A stretch of DNA of 64,000 nt from Actinomycetota bacterium (GCA_009885805.1 VFJZ01000005.1:74999-138998); one strand, 5' to 3'. Positions 9,575 to 20,287 are shown, counted from the stretch's first letter. The notes: generated by a model from the sequence alone, not told the origin. Numbers and translations are program-made.

Positions 9575-10329
9575 AGCGCGGAGGCGAGCCGGCGGCGGTA
9601 CTTCATCACCAGCGGGTCGTCGTTGCCGCGCTCGCCGAAGATGCCGATCATCACGCGCCGGAGCCGGTCGCGACGCTCCGGCGGCGCCGCGGTGATCACC
9701 TCGATCAACCGCTCCATGGCTGCCTCGGGGTCGTCCTCCAGCCCGGCGACAGCGGCGGCGGCTTCCGGGTCGAGCTCCGGATTCGCCTGCAACTCGGCCC
9801 GCGCCAGCAGACCCGCGCCGACGGCGTCGTGCGCAGCTTCGCGCAGGACCTCGACCGCCTCGGCGGGCACCGCGCGGCGGATCAAGACCCGCCCGAGGGC
9901 GAGGCGGGCTTCGAGATGTCGCGGCTCATGAACAAGCGCGTCGCGCAGCGCCTGCTCGTCGCCCGACTGCACAGCGAGGTCAGCGGCGGTGGGAACGAGG
10001 GCATCGAGGAAGGCGTCGACCTGTTGCCGAGGCAGGGCGCCGGTGAACTCGTCAACGAGCCGACCACCGCGGAAGGCCTTGACGTTCGGGATGCCACGGA
10101 TGCCGTAGTCGGCGGCGAGCCGCTGGTTCGCATCGGTGTCGACCTTGGCGAGGCGGACGGCACCCACGCGCGCCTCGACGGCCGCCTCGAGCACGGGCGT
10201 CAGCAATCGGCAGGGGCCGCACCAGGCCGCCCAGAAGTCGACGAGAACGGGCACCTCGTGCGAGGCGTCGAGCACGACCTGCTGGAAGTCAGCCTCGGTG
10301 GCATCGAAGACGTTCGGCACGCGTCTCAT
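9568..10329 (-). CDS. Thioredoxin-TPR co-chaperone (YbbN/CnoX-like)
   Basis: VLVDFWAAWCGPC; C-terminal YRRRLASALY. Confidence 0.9.
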   Translation of the reverse strand: MRRVPNVFDATEADFQQVVLDASHEVPVLVDFWAAWCGPCRLLTPVLEAAVEARVGAVRLAKVDTDANQRLAADYGIRGIPNVKAFRGGRLVDEFTGALPRQQVDAFLDALVPTAADLAVQSGDEQALRDALVHEPRHLEARLALGRVLIRRAVPAEAVEVLREAAHDAVGAGLLARAELQANPELDPEAAAAVAGLEDDPEAAMERLIEVITAAPPERRDRLRRVMIGIFGERGNDDPLVMKYRRRLASALY

Positions 10330-10850
10330 TGTACGGAGCGGCGGTAGAGCACATGCCGCTGCAGGCGGTGCCCGGCGTGCAGACGGGGATGGTCGAACTC
10401 GCCGTCGCGGCGCATCCCCAGCCGTTCCATGACGGCAATCGAGCGGACGTTCGTCAGCGCCGTGAACGACACGATCTCGTCGAGGCCAGCGCGCTCGAAC
10501 CCGTCCGCGCAGGCGGCCTGCGCCGCCTCGGTCGCGTAGCCGTGCCCCCAATGCGCCGCAGCAAGCCGCCAACCCACCTCCACGCACGGCATGAACGACG
10601 CCTCGAACGTCGGGCGGGCGAGGCCGACGAACCCGACGAACGGCTCCTCGTCGACGACCTCGACCGCCCAGAGGCCAAATCCGTCGCGGTCGAAGTCGGC
10701 TTCGATCCGATCGACGGAGGCGTGAGACTCCGCCGCCGTGAGCGGCGCCGGGAAGTGCTCCATCACGACGGGATCGGCGTTGAGCGCCGCGAACGGCACC
10801 CGGTCGGATGCGCGCCAGCGCCGCAGGACCAGGCGCTTCGTCCGGATCAT
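10326..10850 (-). CDS. GNAT acetyltransferase (RimJ/RimL-like)
   Basis: TKRLVLRRW, EVGWRL, WGHGYATEAA, NVRSIAVMERLGM. Confidence 0.92.
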   Translation of the reverse strand: MIRTKRLVLRRWRASDRVPFAALNADPVVMEHFPAPLTAAESHASVDRIEADFDRDGFGLWAVEVVDEEPFVGFVGLARPTFEASFMPCVEVGWRLAAAHWGHGYATEAAQAACADGFERAGLDEIVSFTALTNVRSIAVMERLGMRRDGEFDHPRLHAGHRLQRHVLYRRSVQ

Positions 10851-10872
10851 CGGGCCGCCCGCTGGTGTAATC

Positions 10873-10886
10873 TGAACACGTGTTCA
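10873..10886. promoter_or_regulatory. Perfect 14-bp palindrome, probable TetR operator
   Basis: TGAACACGTGTTCA in the AT-rich gap between divergent genes, upstream of an operon containing a TetR. Confidence 0.7.
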
Positions 10887-10914
10887 AAATACAAGACAAC
10901 TGTTCGGCGACCTG

Positions 10915-12075
10915 ATGGACCACCGCCCGCTCGACCTGACCGACGAGCAGCGCGCCCTCGTCGAGGTCTGCCACGACTTCGCCGAGCGTGAGCTCCGCCC
11001 CGTCGCACGCCTCTACGACAGCGACCATGACCATCCCGACCCGCGGCCGCTGCTGTACCGCGCCGCCGAACTCGGACTGCCAAGCTACTCCCTGCCCGCG
11101 GAGTACGGCGGCGGCGGCATCGATGACGTCTTCACCGCCTGCCTCGTCTCGGAGGAGCTCTCCTGGGGCGACGACGCGCTGTCGAGCCTGCTCTGTTCCG
11201 GCAGCTTCTTCGCGCACACCATCATCGCGCTCGGCGACGAGGAGCAGAGGCGCCGCTTCGTACCGCCGCTCTGCGGCCCGACGCCCGTCTTCGCCGCGCT
11301 CGCGACGACCGAGCCGGGCGCGGGCTCCGACGCCGCCGCGATCACGACCCATGCCCGCCGCGTCGACGGCGGCTACGAGTTGACCGGGCAGAAGACGTGG
11401 ATCTCGAACGCGCCGATCGCCGACCTCTTCATCGTCTTCGCCACCGTCGCCCCGGGCACGCGCTCGCGCGGGGTGACGGCGTTCGTGGTGGAGCGCGACG
11501 ACGCCGGGCTGACGGTCGGGCCGCCGATGGCGAAGCTCGGCCAGCGGGCGATCCCGACCGCCGAGCTGTTCCTCCAGAACTGCTTCGTCGCCGACGACCG
11601 TCGCATCGGCGAGGAGGGCCAGGGGTTCTACGGGCTGATGGAGACATTCGACGCGGCGCGGATCACGCTGGCTGCATCCGCCGTCGGCGCCGGCCGCGCC
11701 GCCGTCGAGTACGCCATCGCCTACGCCCGCGAGCGACAGGCGTTCGGCCGGCCGATCGCCGACTACCAGGCCGTTTCGTTCCGCATCGCCGACGCGGCGA
11801 TGAAGGTCGACCAGGCGCGCCTGCTCACGCACCACGCGGCGCGGCTGTGCGACGCGGGCCGTCGCGTCGCGAAGGAGGCGGCGATGGCGAAGCTCGCGGC
11901 CTCCGAAGCGGCGTCGTTCGCTGCCGACGCCTGCGTGAAGACGCTCGGCGGCTACGGCTACTCGCCCGAGTACCCGGCGGAGAAGTGGCTCCGCGACTCG
12001 AAGCTTCACGAACTCTGGGAGGGGACGAGCGACATCATGCGCCTGATCGTCTCCCGCGAACTCCTGAAGGGATGA
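10915..12075 (+). CDS. Acyl-CoA dehydrogenase
   Basis: TEPGAGSD, GQKTWISN, RQAFGRPI, GGYGY, WEGTS. Confidence 0.95.
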   Translation: MDHRPLDLTDEQRALVEVCHDFAERELRPVARLYDSDHDHPDPRPLLYRAAELGLPSYSLPAEYGGGGIDDVFTACLVSEELSWGDDALSSLLCSGSFFAHTIIALGDEEQRRRFVPPLCGPTPVFAALATTEPGAGSDAAAITTHARRVDGGYELTGQKTWISNAPIADLFIVFATVAPGTRSRGVTAFVVERDDAGLTVGPPMAKLGQRAIPTAELFLQNCFVADDRRIGEEGQGFYGLMETFDAARITLAASAVGAGRAAVEYAIAYARERQAFGRPIADYQAVSFRIADAAMKVDQARLLTHHAARLCDAGRRVAKEAAMAKLAASEAASFAADACVKTLGGYGYSPEYPAEKWLRDSKLHELWEGTSDIMRLIVSRELLKG

Positions 12076-13247
12076 CGATGGACATCACGCTCACCGGGCG
12101 CCACCGCGAGATCAGCGCGAACGCGCGGCGCTACTGCGACACGTACCTGCTGCCGCTCGAGATCGCCTGCGACGAGCAGGACGGTCTACGCGCCGACCAG
12201 CTCATCGAGGCGCGCGCGGCCGTCGTCGAGCTGCGGCTGAACGGCATCAACATGCGGCCCGAGTGGGGCGGGCAGGGCTACAGCTCGTTCGAGCAGATGC
12301 TCACGCACGAGCAGCTCGGACGGGCCACGAACGCGCTCTGGGACGTGCCGTGGCGGCCGTCGAACGTCCTCAAGTACGCGTCGCCGGCCCAGGTGGAGGA
12401 GTACGTTCGACCGGAGATCGCCGGCCGGCGCCGCCATGCCTACGCGATCACGGAGGAGGGCGCGGGCTCCGATCCGTCCGTGCTCGAGACAAGAGCGGTG
12501 CGCGACGGCGCCGGCTGGCGAATCAACGGCACGAAGTGGTTCGTGACGACGGGTGACATCGCCGACTACTTCATCGTCGTCGCCGACGCCGAGGGCCACG
12601 GCCTGACGAGCTTCCTCGTCGACAAGCACCGCGACGGCGTCTCGGAGAAGCGACGGCCGCGATTCATGCACGCGTTCGTCTTCGAACATCCCGAGTTCAC
12701 GTTCGACAACGTCTACGTCGACGACACGAAGATCCTCGGCGGGCTGGGCCGCGGGCTCGAGCTGACCAGGGAGTGGTTCATGGACGAGCGGCTGCTGATC
12801 GCCGCGCGCAGCCTCGGCGGCGCCGAACGGTGCCTCGACACGGCCCTCGCCTACGCGCAGGAGCGGCGGCAGTTCGGCAACCTAATTCTCGACTACCAGG
12901 GCGTCTCGTTTCCGCTCGCAGACTGCGCCGTCGAGCTGCAGGCGGCGCGCGCGCTGACCTACCAGGTGGCCTGGGAGATCGACCGCAAGCAGGTCGATCC
13001 GAAGACGCTGCACGCGAAGGCGGCGTCGGTGAAGCTGTTCGCGTCGCAGATGGCAAACCGCGTCGCAGACCGCTGCGTGCAGGTCCTCGGCGGCCGCGGC
13101 TACATGCGCGAGAACCCGGTCGAGCGGCTGTTCCGGGATCTGCGTGTCGATCGCATCTGGGAGGGGACCGACGAGATCCAGAAGGTGATCGTCGCGAACG
13201 AGCTCGCAAAGCGCGGGCGCGCCGGCCTCTGCGCCTGGCCGGGCTGA
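12072..13247 (+). CDS. Acyl-CoA dehydrogenase
   Basis: TEEGAGSD, NGTKWFVT, RRQFG, GGRGYM, IWEGTDEIQ. Confidence 0.95.
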   Translation: MTMDITLTGRHREISANARRYCDTYLLPLEIACDEQDGLRADQLIEARAAVVELRLNGINMRPEWGGQGYSSFEQMLTHEQLGRATNALWDVPWRPSNVLKYASPAQVEEYVRPEIAGRRRHAYAITEEGAGSDPSVLETRAVRDGAGWRINGTKWFVTTGDIADYFIVVADAEGHGLTSFLVDKHRDGVSEKRRPRFMHAFVFEHPEFTFDNVYVDDTKILGGLGRGLELTREWFMDERLLIAARSLGGAERCLDTALAYAQERRQFGNLILDYQGVSFPLADCAVELQAARALTYQVAWEIDRKQVDPKTLHAKAASVKLFASQMANRVADRCVQVLGGRGYMRENPVERLFRDLRVDRIWEGTDEIQKVIVANELAKRGRAGLCAWPG

Positions 13248-13843
13248 TGCCGCGGCTGTCGGTCGAGGCGATCCGGCGCGAGCAGCTGCTCGACGCCGCG
13301 ATCGGGCTCGTCGCGGCGAAGGGGTACGAGGCGACGACCGTCCGCGACATCGCCGCCGCGGTCGACGTCGCACCGGGCACCGTCCTCTACTACTTCGAGG
13401 GCCGCGACGACCTGATGCAGGCGGCGCTCGTGGAGGCGGCTCGGCGCTTCGGCGCCCGCCTCGACGACGCGCTCGCCGAGGCCGACGGCCCGGCCGAGGC
13501 GATCGCGATCCATGCCGTCGTCGCCACGCCCCGCACGACCGAGGAACGCGCGGCGCAGACGCTGTGGATCGAGTTCTGGCGACAGGCAGTGCGCAACGAG
13601 GGGCAGCGCGCTCTGCACGAGCGGCTGTACGACTCGTGGCGGGCGCGGATCGCGGCGACGGTCCGCGAGGGCGTCGCCGGCAGCGTGTTCCGCCGCGACG
13701 TCGCGCCGGAAGACTGGGCGCGGCGGTTCGTCGCGCTCCTCGACGGCCTCGGCCTGCACGTCGTGCTGCACCCCGGATCGGTCGGCGCCGACGTGATGGA
13801 GCGGGCTTGCCGGGAGCACGTCGCAGCGACACTGCTGCGGTGA
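13247..13843 (+). CDS. TetR-family regulator (BetI-like C-terminus)
   Basis: RREQLLDAA...TTVRDIA...GTVLYYF HTH; LWIEFW; LLDGL. Confidence 0.92.
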   Translation: MPRLSVEAIRREQLLDAAIGLVAAKGYEATTVRDIAAAVDVAPGTVLYYFEGRDDLMQAALVEAARRFGARLDDALAEADGPAEAIAIHAVVATPRTTEERAAQTLWIEFWRQAVRNEGQRALHERLYDSWRARIAATVREGVAGSVFRRDVAPEDWARRFVALLDGLGLHVVLHPGSVGADVMERACREHVAATLLR

Positions 13844-14967
13844 CCAGGCCGGACCGCTTCGCCACCCTCCCGCTCCACCTCGGCGGGTTCATCGGGCCGT
13901 TCGGCGGGGCCGTCCTGGTGGTGCTCGTGCCGGAGCTTCGCGAGGCGTTCGACGCCACCACCGGGGAGGTCGCGCTCGCCGTCCCCGCCTACTTCGTGCC
14001 GTTCGCGCTGCTGCTCCTCGTCTCCGGGACGATCGGCGAGCGGATCGGTCGGCGCCGCGTTGTCCGCCTCGCCTACCTCGCCTACGCGGCCGCGTCCGTG
14101 TTGACAGCGATCGCGCCGACGATCGAGTTGCTGCTCGTCGGCCGCGCCGCGCAGGGCGTCGCGAACGCCTTCACGACACCGCTCGTGATGGCGGCGCTCG
14201 CGGACGTCGTGCCGCGCGCGCGGCTCGGTCGGTCGATCGGCACCTTCGCCGGCGTGCAGGCGGCCGCGATCTTGTTCGCGCCGCTGATCGGTGGGCTGAT
14301 GGCGGAGGTCTCATGGCGACTGGCGTTCCTGGCGCCAGCCGTCGTCGCCGTGGCGCTGGCGCTGATCCCGCCCGCCGACCCGATCGGCGACACGGCGCAG
14401 GTTCGGCCGTCGCTTCGCGAACTGGCGACGCCGCGCGTCGGCCGGCTCGCGCTCGCCGCCACCGCCGGCTACGTCGGGTTCACCGGGATGCCGTTCCTCG
14501 TCTCGCTGCGGATCGACGACGCCTTCGCGCTCGGCGCGTCCTCGCGCGGCCTGATCCTCGCCGCGTACGGCGCCGCCGGGTTCGCGCTCGGCACCGCCGG
14601 CGGCCACCTCGTGGAGCGGATCGGCGGACGCCGTGGCGCGATCGTCGGCGCCGTGCTCGGCGCAGCGTTCATGCTCCCGATCGGCGTCGCCGGCACACCG
14701 CTGCTGCTGGCCGCCGCCTGGACGCTCGGCGGCGCCGCCTCCGCCCTCCTCTGGGCCGGCCTCAACACCCTCGCCATCGAGACCTCCGACACGAACCGCG
14801 CCGGCATCGTCAGCGCCTACCAGGCGTTCAAGTTCATCGGTACCGCGGCCGCGCCGATCGTCTGGCTCCCGGTCTACCACGCCTCGGCAGGCGCCGCGTT
14901 CGCCGCCGCCGCCGCCGTGACGCTCATCGTCTGTGTCGCCGCGCCGCACGACCTGCGCCGAGGCTGA
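13840..14967 (+). CDS. MFS transporter
   Basis: GTIGERIGRRR motif A; about 12 TM segments. Confidence 0.88.
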   Translation: MTRPDRFATLPLHLGGFIGPFGGAVLVVLVPELREAFDATTGEVALAVPAYFVPFALLLLVSGTIGERIGRRRVVRLAYLAYAAASVLTAIAPTIELLLVGRAAQGVANAFTTPLVMAALADVVPRARLGRSIGTFAGVQAAAILFAPLIGGLMAEVSWRLAFLAPAVVAVALALIPPADPIGDTAQVRPSLRELATPRVGRLALAATAGYVGFTGMPFLVSLRIDDAFALGASSRGLILAAYGAAGFALGTAGGHLVERIGGRRGAIVGAVLGAAFMLPIGVAGTPLLLAAAWTLGGAASALLWAGLNTLAIETSDTNRAGIVSAYQAFKFIGTAAAPIVWLPVYHASAGAAFAAAAAVTLIVCVAAPHDLRRG

Positions 14968-15035
14968 CGGCCGGCCGTTCCATTGGGCGCCGTCCGCAGC
15001 GGGAGTACACTCGGACTGCCGTCGGAAGTGATCGC

Positions 15036-15650
15036 ATGGTTCCGGCCCGAGCCCTTCGCTCGCTGGTACTGATCTGTGCGTTCGTCCTGCCCGGGACGGC
15101 TGTGGGCGCGAGCAAACCAGCGTGTACGGCCTCCCAGGCCGCGGACATCGCGATCGACAGCTTCGCGGCGTGGGACGCCGGAGACGTTGACGGAATCGTG
15201 GTCTCGGTCAACCAGACACTCGGCCCGTTCGGCATCGCTCTGCCGCGCCGGAAGGGGCGTCCCTGGCCGAGCGACGTAAGGGGTTACGACTCGAGCCATG
15301 GCGAACGCGCCGAACTGCTGCGCTGGCTGCATCGTCGCGTGCCGCTCGGCGATCGCGTTCGCCTGCTCGAGCTCAAACTCATCCATGAGGCGGCGGCCGG
15401 CGACGACCATTGGGGGTTCGATGGCTCCTTCCGCCGCCGCGCGCCGGACATCGCCGGGTCGCGCCGCTTCTACGTCGGCCACTCGAAGCTGGCGGTCGAC
15501 TGCCGCGGACTGCTCGCTCTCGGCGCCGGCCGCTCCTACTGGCATCGGAGTCCTCGGCAGCATGCCTGTGGACCGACGGCCAAGACCGTTCGCCGCGTTC
15601 GCAGCTGCGGCTTCGCCCACCACCCAACGTACGGGCCGCCGCTGCCTTGA
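15036..15650 (+). CDS. Secreted hypothetical protein
   Basis: Signal-peptide-like MVPARALRSLVLICAFVLPGTAVGA; several Cys. Confidence 0.55.
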   Translation: MVPARALRSLVLICAFVLPGTAVGASKPACTASQAADIAIDSFAAWDAGDVDGIVVSVNQTLGPFGIALPRRKGRPWPSDVRGYDSSHGERAELLRWLHRRVPLGDRVRLLELKLIHEAAAGDDHWGFDGSFRRRAPDIAGSRRFYVGHSKLAVDCRGLLALGAGRSYWHRSPRQHACGPTAKTVRRVRSCGFAHHPTYGPPLP

Positions 15651-15689
15651 GGTTCGGCGTCGCAGGGCGTCGCGTGTACGCTCGTCCCC

Positions 15690-17756
15690 GTGCCGCGCGA
15701 CCCACGCCACGACGTCCTCTTCGAGCCCGTCCAGATCGGCCCGAGGACCCTGCGCAACCGCTTCTACCAGGTGCCGCACTGCACCGGCTTCGGCACCGGT
15801 AAGCCCCTGTCGCAGGCGAGGCACCGCGGGGTCAAGGCGGAGGGCGGCTGGGCGGCTGTCTGCACCGAGTACGCCGCGGTCTCCCCCGACTCCGACGAGG
15901 CGCCGTTCGCGCACGTCCGGATCTGGGACGACGACGACATCCCGCTGATCCGCCCGACGGCAGAGGCGGCGCACGCCCACGGCGCACTGGCCGGGATCGA
16001 ACTGTTCCACGGCGGCGTCCACGGCCACAACGCCGACTCGCGGCTCCCGCCACTTGCGCCATCGCAGATCGCCGGCGACTACAACGGCCAGGTGCCGAAA
16101 GCGATGACGCAGAGCGACATCCGCCGCGTCCAGACCGAGTGGGTGCGGGCCGCGGAGCGCTCTCGCGACGCCGGCTTCGACATCGTCTACGCCTACGGCG
16201 GCCACACCTACCTGCTCGGCCAGTTCCTCTCCCCCTACTACAACCAGCGCAGCGACGCCTACGGCGGGTCGTTCCTGAACCGGGCCCGCTTCTGGCTGGA
16301 GCTGCTCGAAATGCTCGACGACGCAGTCGGGGAGGACTGCGCGATCGCTGCGCGGCTCGCGATCGCGGCGGGTGGCGCGGACGCCGGCGTCTCGCTCGAC
16401 GAGGGGCTCGAGTTCGTCCGCCTGGCCGACCGCCATGTCGACCTCTGGGACGTCAACATCAGCTCGATCTCCGAGTGGTCGCGCGACTCCGGCGTCTCCC
16501 GCTTTTTCAAGGCGGGCTGGCAACTCGAGTGGACGGGAGAGGTGCGACGCGCCACCGCGAAACCGATCGTCGGCGTCGGCCGCCTCACGGACGCCGACCA
16601 GATGGCGGCGATCATCCGCTCCGGCGTGTGGGACCTGATCGGAGCGGCGCGCCCATCGATCGCCGATCCGTACCTGCCGCGCAAGATCGAGGAGGGCCGC
16701 CTCGACGAGATCCGCGAGTGCATCGGCTGCAACATGTGCGTCGTCAAGGGCGACGGCAACGGCCACCTCGGCTGCACCCAGAACGCGACGGCGGGCGAGG
16801 AGTACCGCCGCGGCTGGCACCCCGAGCGCTTCGCGCCGGCGGCCAACCGGACGAAGGACGTCCTCGTCGTCGGCGCCGGACCGGCCGGCATGGAATGTGC
16901 GATCGTCCTCGCCCGGCGTGGCTTCGGGCGCGTCCACCTCGCAACCCGAGACACCGAGATCGGCGGAATCATGCGCTGGGTGCCCCGCCTACCCGGGCTC
17001 GGCGAATGGGGTCGCGTCCTCGACTGGCGTCGGATCCAACTGGAGAAGCTGCGCCGCCAGGTCGAGATCGTCACCGCCACCGACCTGGATGCCGCAGCGG
17101 TCCGCGACTACGGCGCCGAGATCGTCGTCGTCGCCACCGGCGCGCAGTGGTCGCCGGTCGGCCTGAACGGAATCACCCGCGGCCCGATCCTCGGCGCTGA
17201 CGCGCGGCTGGCGCACTGCCTCACACCCGAGCAGGTGATGCTCGACGGCAAGCGCCCGCCGGGATCACGCGTCGTCGTCTACGACTGCGAAGGCTGGTAC
17301 GCCGGCGCCGGTATGGCCGAGTTGCTGCGTGCCGAACGCTGCGAGGTGACGATCCTGACCCCACACGAGCGCGTCGCCCACGAGACCGACGCCGCCCTGG
17401 AGGGGCCGATGCTGCGTCAGCATCTGCACGACCTCGGCATCCGCCTGCGGCCGGGCCGGACGGTGACGACGGTTGCGCCCGAGGGTGTCAGCGGCACCGA
17501 CGAGTTCGGCGTGCCCTTCGAGCTCGCCTGCGACGCGGTCATCCTGACGACGCAACGCGTCTCGGACGGCGCGCTGTTCGCCGCTCTTGACGACGAGCCG
17601 GGGACGCTGGAGGCGGTCTACGCCGTCGGCGACTGCGTAGCGCCGCGCGTCATCGCCGACGCGATCTTCGACGGCCACCGCCTGGCCCGCGAGATCGACG
17701 CCGCCGACCCCGCCCGGCCGCTGCCCTGGCGCCGCGAGCGAGCGGCGCTCGCGTGA
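15690..17756 (+). CDS. Trimethylamine/dimethylamine/histamine dehydrogenase-like iron-sulfur flavoprotein
   Basis: NRFYQVPHC (flavinylated Cys of TMADH), YAYGGH, CIGCNMC...C 4Fe-4S motif, GAGPAG. Confidence 0.9.
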   Translation: MPRDPRHDVLFEPVQIGPRTLRNRFYQVPHCTGFGTGKPLSQARHRGVKAEGGWAAVCTEYAAVSPDSDEAPFAHVRIWDDDDIPLIRPTAEAAHAHGALAGIELFHGGVHGHNADSRLPPLAPSQIAGDYNGQVPKAMTQSDIRRVQTEWVRAAERSRDAGFDIVYAYGGHTYLLGQFLSPYYNQRSDAYGGSFLNRARFWLELLEMLDDAVGEDCAIAARLAIAAGGADAGVSLDEGLEFVRLADRHVDLWDVNISSISEWSRDSGVSRFFKAGWQLEWTGEVRRATAKPIVGVGRLTDADQMAAIIRSGVWDLIGAARPSIADPYLPRKIEEGRLDEIRECIGCNMCVVKGDGNGHLGCTQNATAGEEYRRGWHPERFAPAANRTKDVLVVGAGPAGMECAIVLARRGFGRVHLATRDTEIGGIMRWVPRLPGLGEWGRVLDWRRIQLEKLRRQVEIVTATDLDAAAVRDYGAEIVVVATGAQWSPVGLNGITRGPILGADARLAHCLTPEQVMLDGKRPPGSRVVVYDCEGWYAGAGMAELLRAERCEVTILTPHERVAHETDAALEGPMLRQHLHDLGIRLRPGRTVTTVAPEGVSGTDEFGVPFELACDAVILTTQRVSDGALFAALDDEPGTLEAVYAVGDCVAPRVIADAIFDGHRLAREIDAADPARPLPWRRERAALA

Positions 17757-19114
17757 GCTCGCTCTGGCTGCGCGAGGCGCTCGGCGACGTGCCCAGGCGC
17801 CCGCCGCTCGATGGCGACCGCCGCTGCGACGTCTGCATCGTCGGCGGTGGCTTCACGGGTCTGTGGACGGCACTCGCGATCCACGACCTGGAGCCGTCGG
17901 CCGATGTCGTCCTGGTCGAGGCCGACGTCTGCGGCGGCGGCGCGAGCGGGCGCAACGGCGGCTTCGCGATGACGCTGTGGTCGAAGTTCGGGACGTTGAA
18001 GAAGCTCGGCCCGACAGCGGAAGCCGTCTGGCTCGCGCGCCAGGCGGCCGAGTCGGTGTCGGCGATCGGCCGCTTCTGCGACGAGAACGGCATCGACGCG
18101 GCGTACCGGCGCAACGGTTGGGTCTGGGCCGCGACGAGCAAGGCCCAGCTCGGCGCGTGGGACGACACCGTGGAAGCACTCGCGGCGGCCGGCGTCGGCG
18201 AGGCGCTCGAACCGCTGGAGCCGGCCGACGTCGCCCGCCTCGCCGGCTCCGACGTCCACATCGCCGGGGTCTTCGATCCCGACGTCGCCCACCTGCAGCC
18301 AGCCACCCTCGCGCGCGGGATGGCGCGGGTGGCGGAGGCGCGCGGCATCGTCATTCACGAGGGCACGCCGATGACCTCGCTCGGCCGCACGGCGACACCG
18401 AGCGTGACGACGCCCGGTGGCACCATCCACGCCCGCGCGGTCGTCCTCGCCCTGAACGCGTGGTCGGCCCGGCTGCCCGAGGTCCGCCGCGCGCTCGTCG
18501 TCACCTCGTCCGACATCGTCGCGACGCCGCCGATCGACCGTGACTGGGAGCACGGCCCGTGCGTGTCGGACTCGCGCCGGCTCGTCAACTACTACCGCCC
18601 CACCCGCGACGGACGGCTGGTGTTCGGCAAGGGCGGCGGCAGCCTCGCCCTCGGCGGCCGCGTCGGCGCAGCGTTCGAGGGCACCTCCCACCGGGCCGAC
18701 GTCGTCCTCTCCCACCTGCACCGCAGCTATCCGCAGCTCGCGGAGGTCGAGGCCGCCGAGAGCTGGCGCGGGCCGATCGACTACGCGCTCGACGGGCTGC
18801 CGTTCCTTCACCGCCTGCCCGCCGCCCCGGCGGTGATCGTCGCCGCCGGCTTCTCCGGCAACGGCGTCGGCCCCTCCCACACGGCGGGCCGGGCGCTCGC
18901 CTCGATGGCACTGCGGCGTGACGACGACTGGGCGCGCACGCTGCTCGCCCGCGCGCCCGCCGGTCGGTTGCCCCCGGAGCCGATCACCTGGCTCGGCGGT
19001 CAGGTCGTCAAGCGTGCGATCCGCCGCGGCGAGGACGCCGAGGACCGCGGCGGCCGCACCGACGCCGTCACACGGCGCGTCGCGGCGATGGACCCGACGA
19101 GCTTCGTGGGTTAG
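17753..19114 (+). CDS. FAD-dependent amine oxidoreductase (DAO family, PuuB/OrdL-like)
   Basis: VGGGFTGLWTA, GASGRNGG, GFSGNGVG. Confidence 0.88.
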   Translation: MSSLWLREALGDVPRRPPLDGDRRCDVCIVGGGFTGLWTALAIHDLEPSADVVLVEADVCGGGASGRNGGFAMTLWSKFGTLKKLGPTAEAVWLARQAAESVSAIGRFCDENGIDAAYRRNGWVWAATSKAQLGAWDDTVEALAAAGVGEALEPLEPADVARLAGSDVHIAGVFDPDVAHLQPATLARGMARVAEARGIVIHEGTPMTSLGRTATPSVTTPGGTIHARAVVLALNAWSARLPEVRRALVVTSSDIVATPPIDRDWEHGPCVSDSRRLVNYYRPTRDGRLVFGKGGGSLALGGRVGAAFEGTSHRADVVLSHLHRSYPQLAEVEAAESWRGPIDYALDGLPFLHRLPAAPAVIVAAGFSGNGVGPSHTAGRALASMALRRDDDWARTLLARAPAGRLPPEPITWLGGQVVKRAIRRGEDAEDRGGRTDAVTRRVAAMDPTSFVG

Positions 19115-19117
19115 CCT

Positions 19118-20287
19118 GTGCCGCCAATGGACGTCATCGTCGTCGGCGGCGGGCTGATGGGGCTCGCCACCGCTCTCTACCTGGCGCGGGACGGCCACGC
19201 CACGACGCTGCTCGAAGCGCGCTCGGTCGGCCACGACCAGGGGTCGTCGCACGGGCCGAGCCGGATCATCCGCCTCACCTACCAGTCCGAGGACTACATC
19301 GCGCTTGCACGCGAGTCGTACCGGCAGTGGGGCGAACTCGCCGAGGAGGCCGGCGAGGCCCTCCTCGTCCCCTGCGGCGGGCTCGACTTCGGCCCGCCCG
19401 ACGCGACCTACCTGGCCGAGATGCGCGCCGCGATGGGCCTCGCCGGCGTCCCGTACGAGGCGGTCGACGCTGCCGAGATCCGCCGCCGCTTCCCGCAGAT
19501 CACTCCGGCAGACGACGCCGTCGGCTTCTATCAGCCGGACTTCGCGATGCTCCGCGCCGACCGCTGCATCGCCGCGCTCCACGCGCGTGCCGTCGCCGCC
19601 GGCGCGGTCGTGCGGGAGGGAGCTGCCGCCATCGCCGTCGCGCCCGACGGCGACGGCGTCCGCGTCACGACCGCGTCGGGCGACCTCACCGCCGACGCCT
19701 GCGTGCTTGCCGCCGGCTCGTGGGTGGGACCGCTGCTCGCGGGGCTCGGCCTCCATCCGCCGCTCACGGTCCTGAAGGAGCAACTCGCGTTCTTCGAGGC
19801 GGCCGATCCGACCGGCTTCATGCCCGGCCGCTTCCCGCTCTTCATCTCCCGCCTTCCGGGGACGACCACGCTCGGCTCGGCGTTCCCGATCGAAGGGGAG
19901 CCGAGCGGCGTCAAGTGCATGCTCGACCGGATCGGGCCGGAGGTCGCGTCGCCCGACGACGACGATCGCGCGATCGTCCCCGACGTCCGGCGTCGTCTCG
20001 ACGAGTGGGTGGCCGCGACGATCACGGGCCTGACGGGCCGCGTCGTCGCGGACGTCTCCTGCCGCTACACGATGACGCCCGACGAGCATTTCATCCTCGA
20101 CCGCCATCCGCTGCACCGGCAGATCGTCGTGGCGTCGGCCTGCTCCGGGCACGGCTTCAAGTTCGGGATCGTGATCGGGCGGATCCTCGCCGACCTCGCA
20201 ACGCGCGGCGCGACGGCGCACGACATCGACCGCTTCCGGCTCGACCGGCCCGCGCTAACCACCACCTGGGAGAACACGTATGCCTGA
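19118..20287 (+). CDS. Monomeric sarcosine oxidase / N-methyltryptophan oxidase family
   Basis: GSSHGPSRIIR, CRYTMTPDEHFI (covalent-FAD Cys), SGHGFKF. Confidence 0.9.
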   Translation: MPPMDVIVVGGGLMGLATALYLARDGHATTLLEARSVGHDQGSSHGPSRIIRLTYQSEDYIALARESYRQWGELAEEAGEALLVPCGGLDFGPPDATYLAEMRAAMGLAGVPYEAVDAAEIRRRFPQITPADDAVGFYQPDFAMLRADRCIAALHARAVAAGAVVREGAAAIAVAPDGDGVRVTTASGDLTADACVLAAGSWVGPLLAGLGLHPPLTVLKEQLAFFEAADPTGFMPGRFPLFISRLPGTTTLGSAFPIEGEPSGVKCMLDRIGPEVASPDDDDRAIVPDVRRRLDEWVAATITGLTGRVVADVSCRYTMTPDEHFILDRHPLHRQIVVASACSGHGFKFGIVIGRILADLATRGATAHDIDRFRLDRPALTTTWENTYA

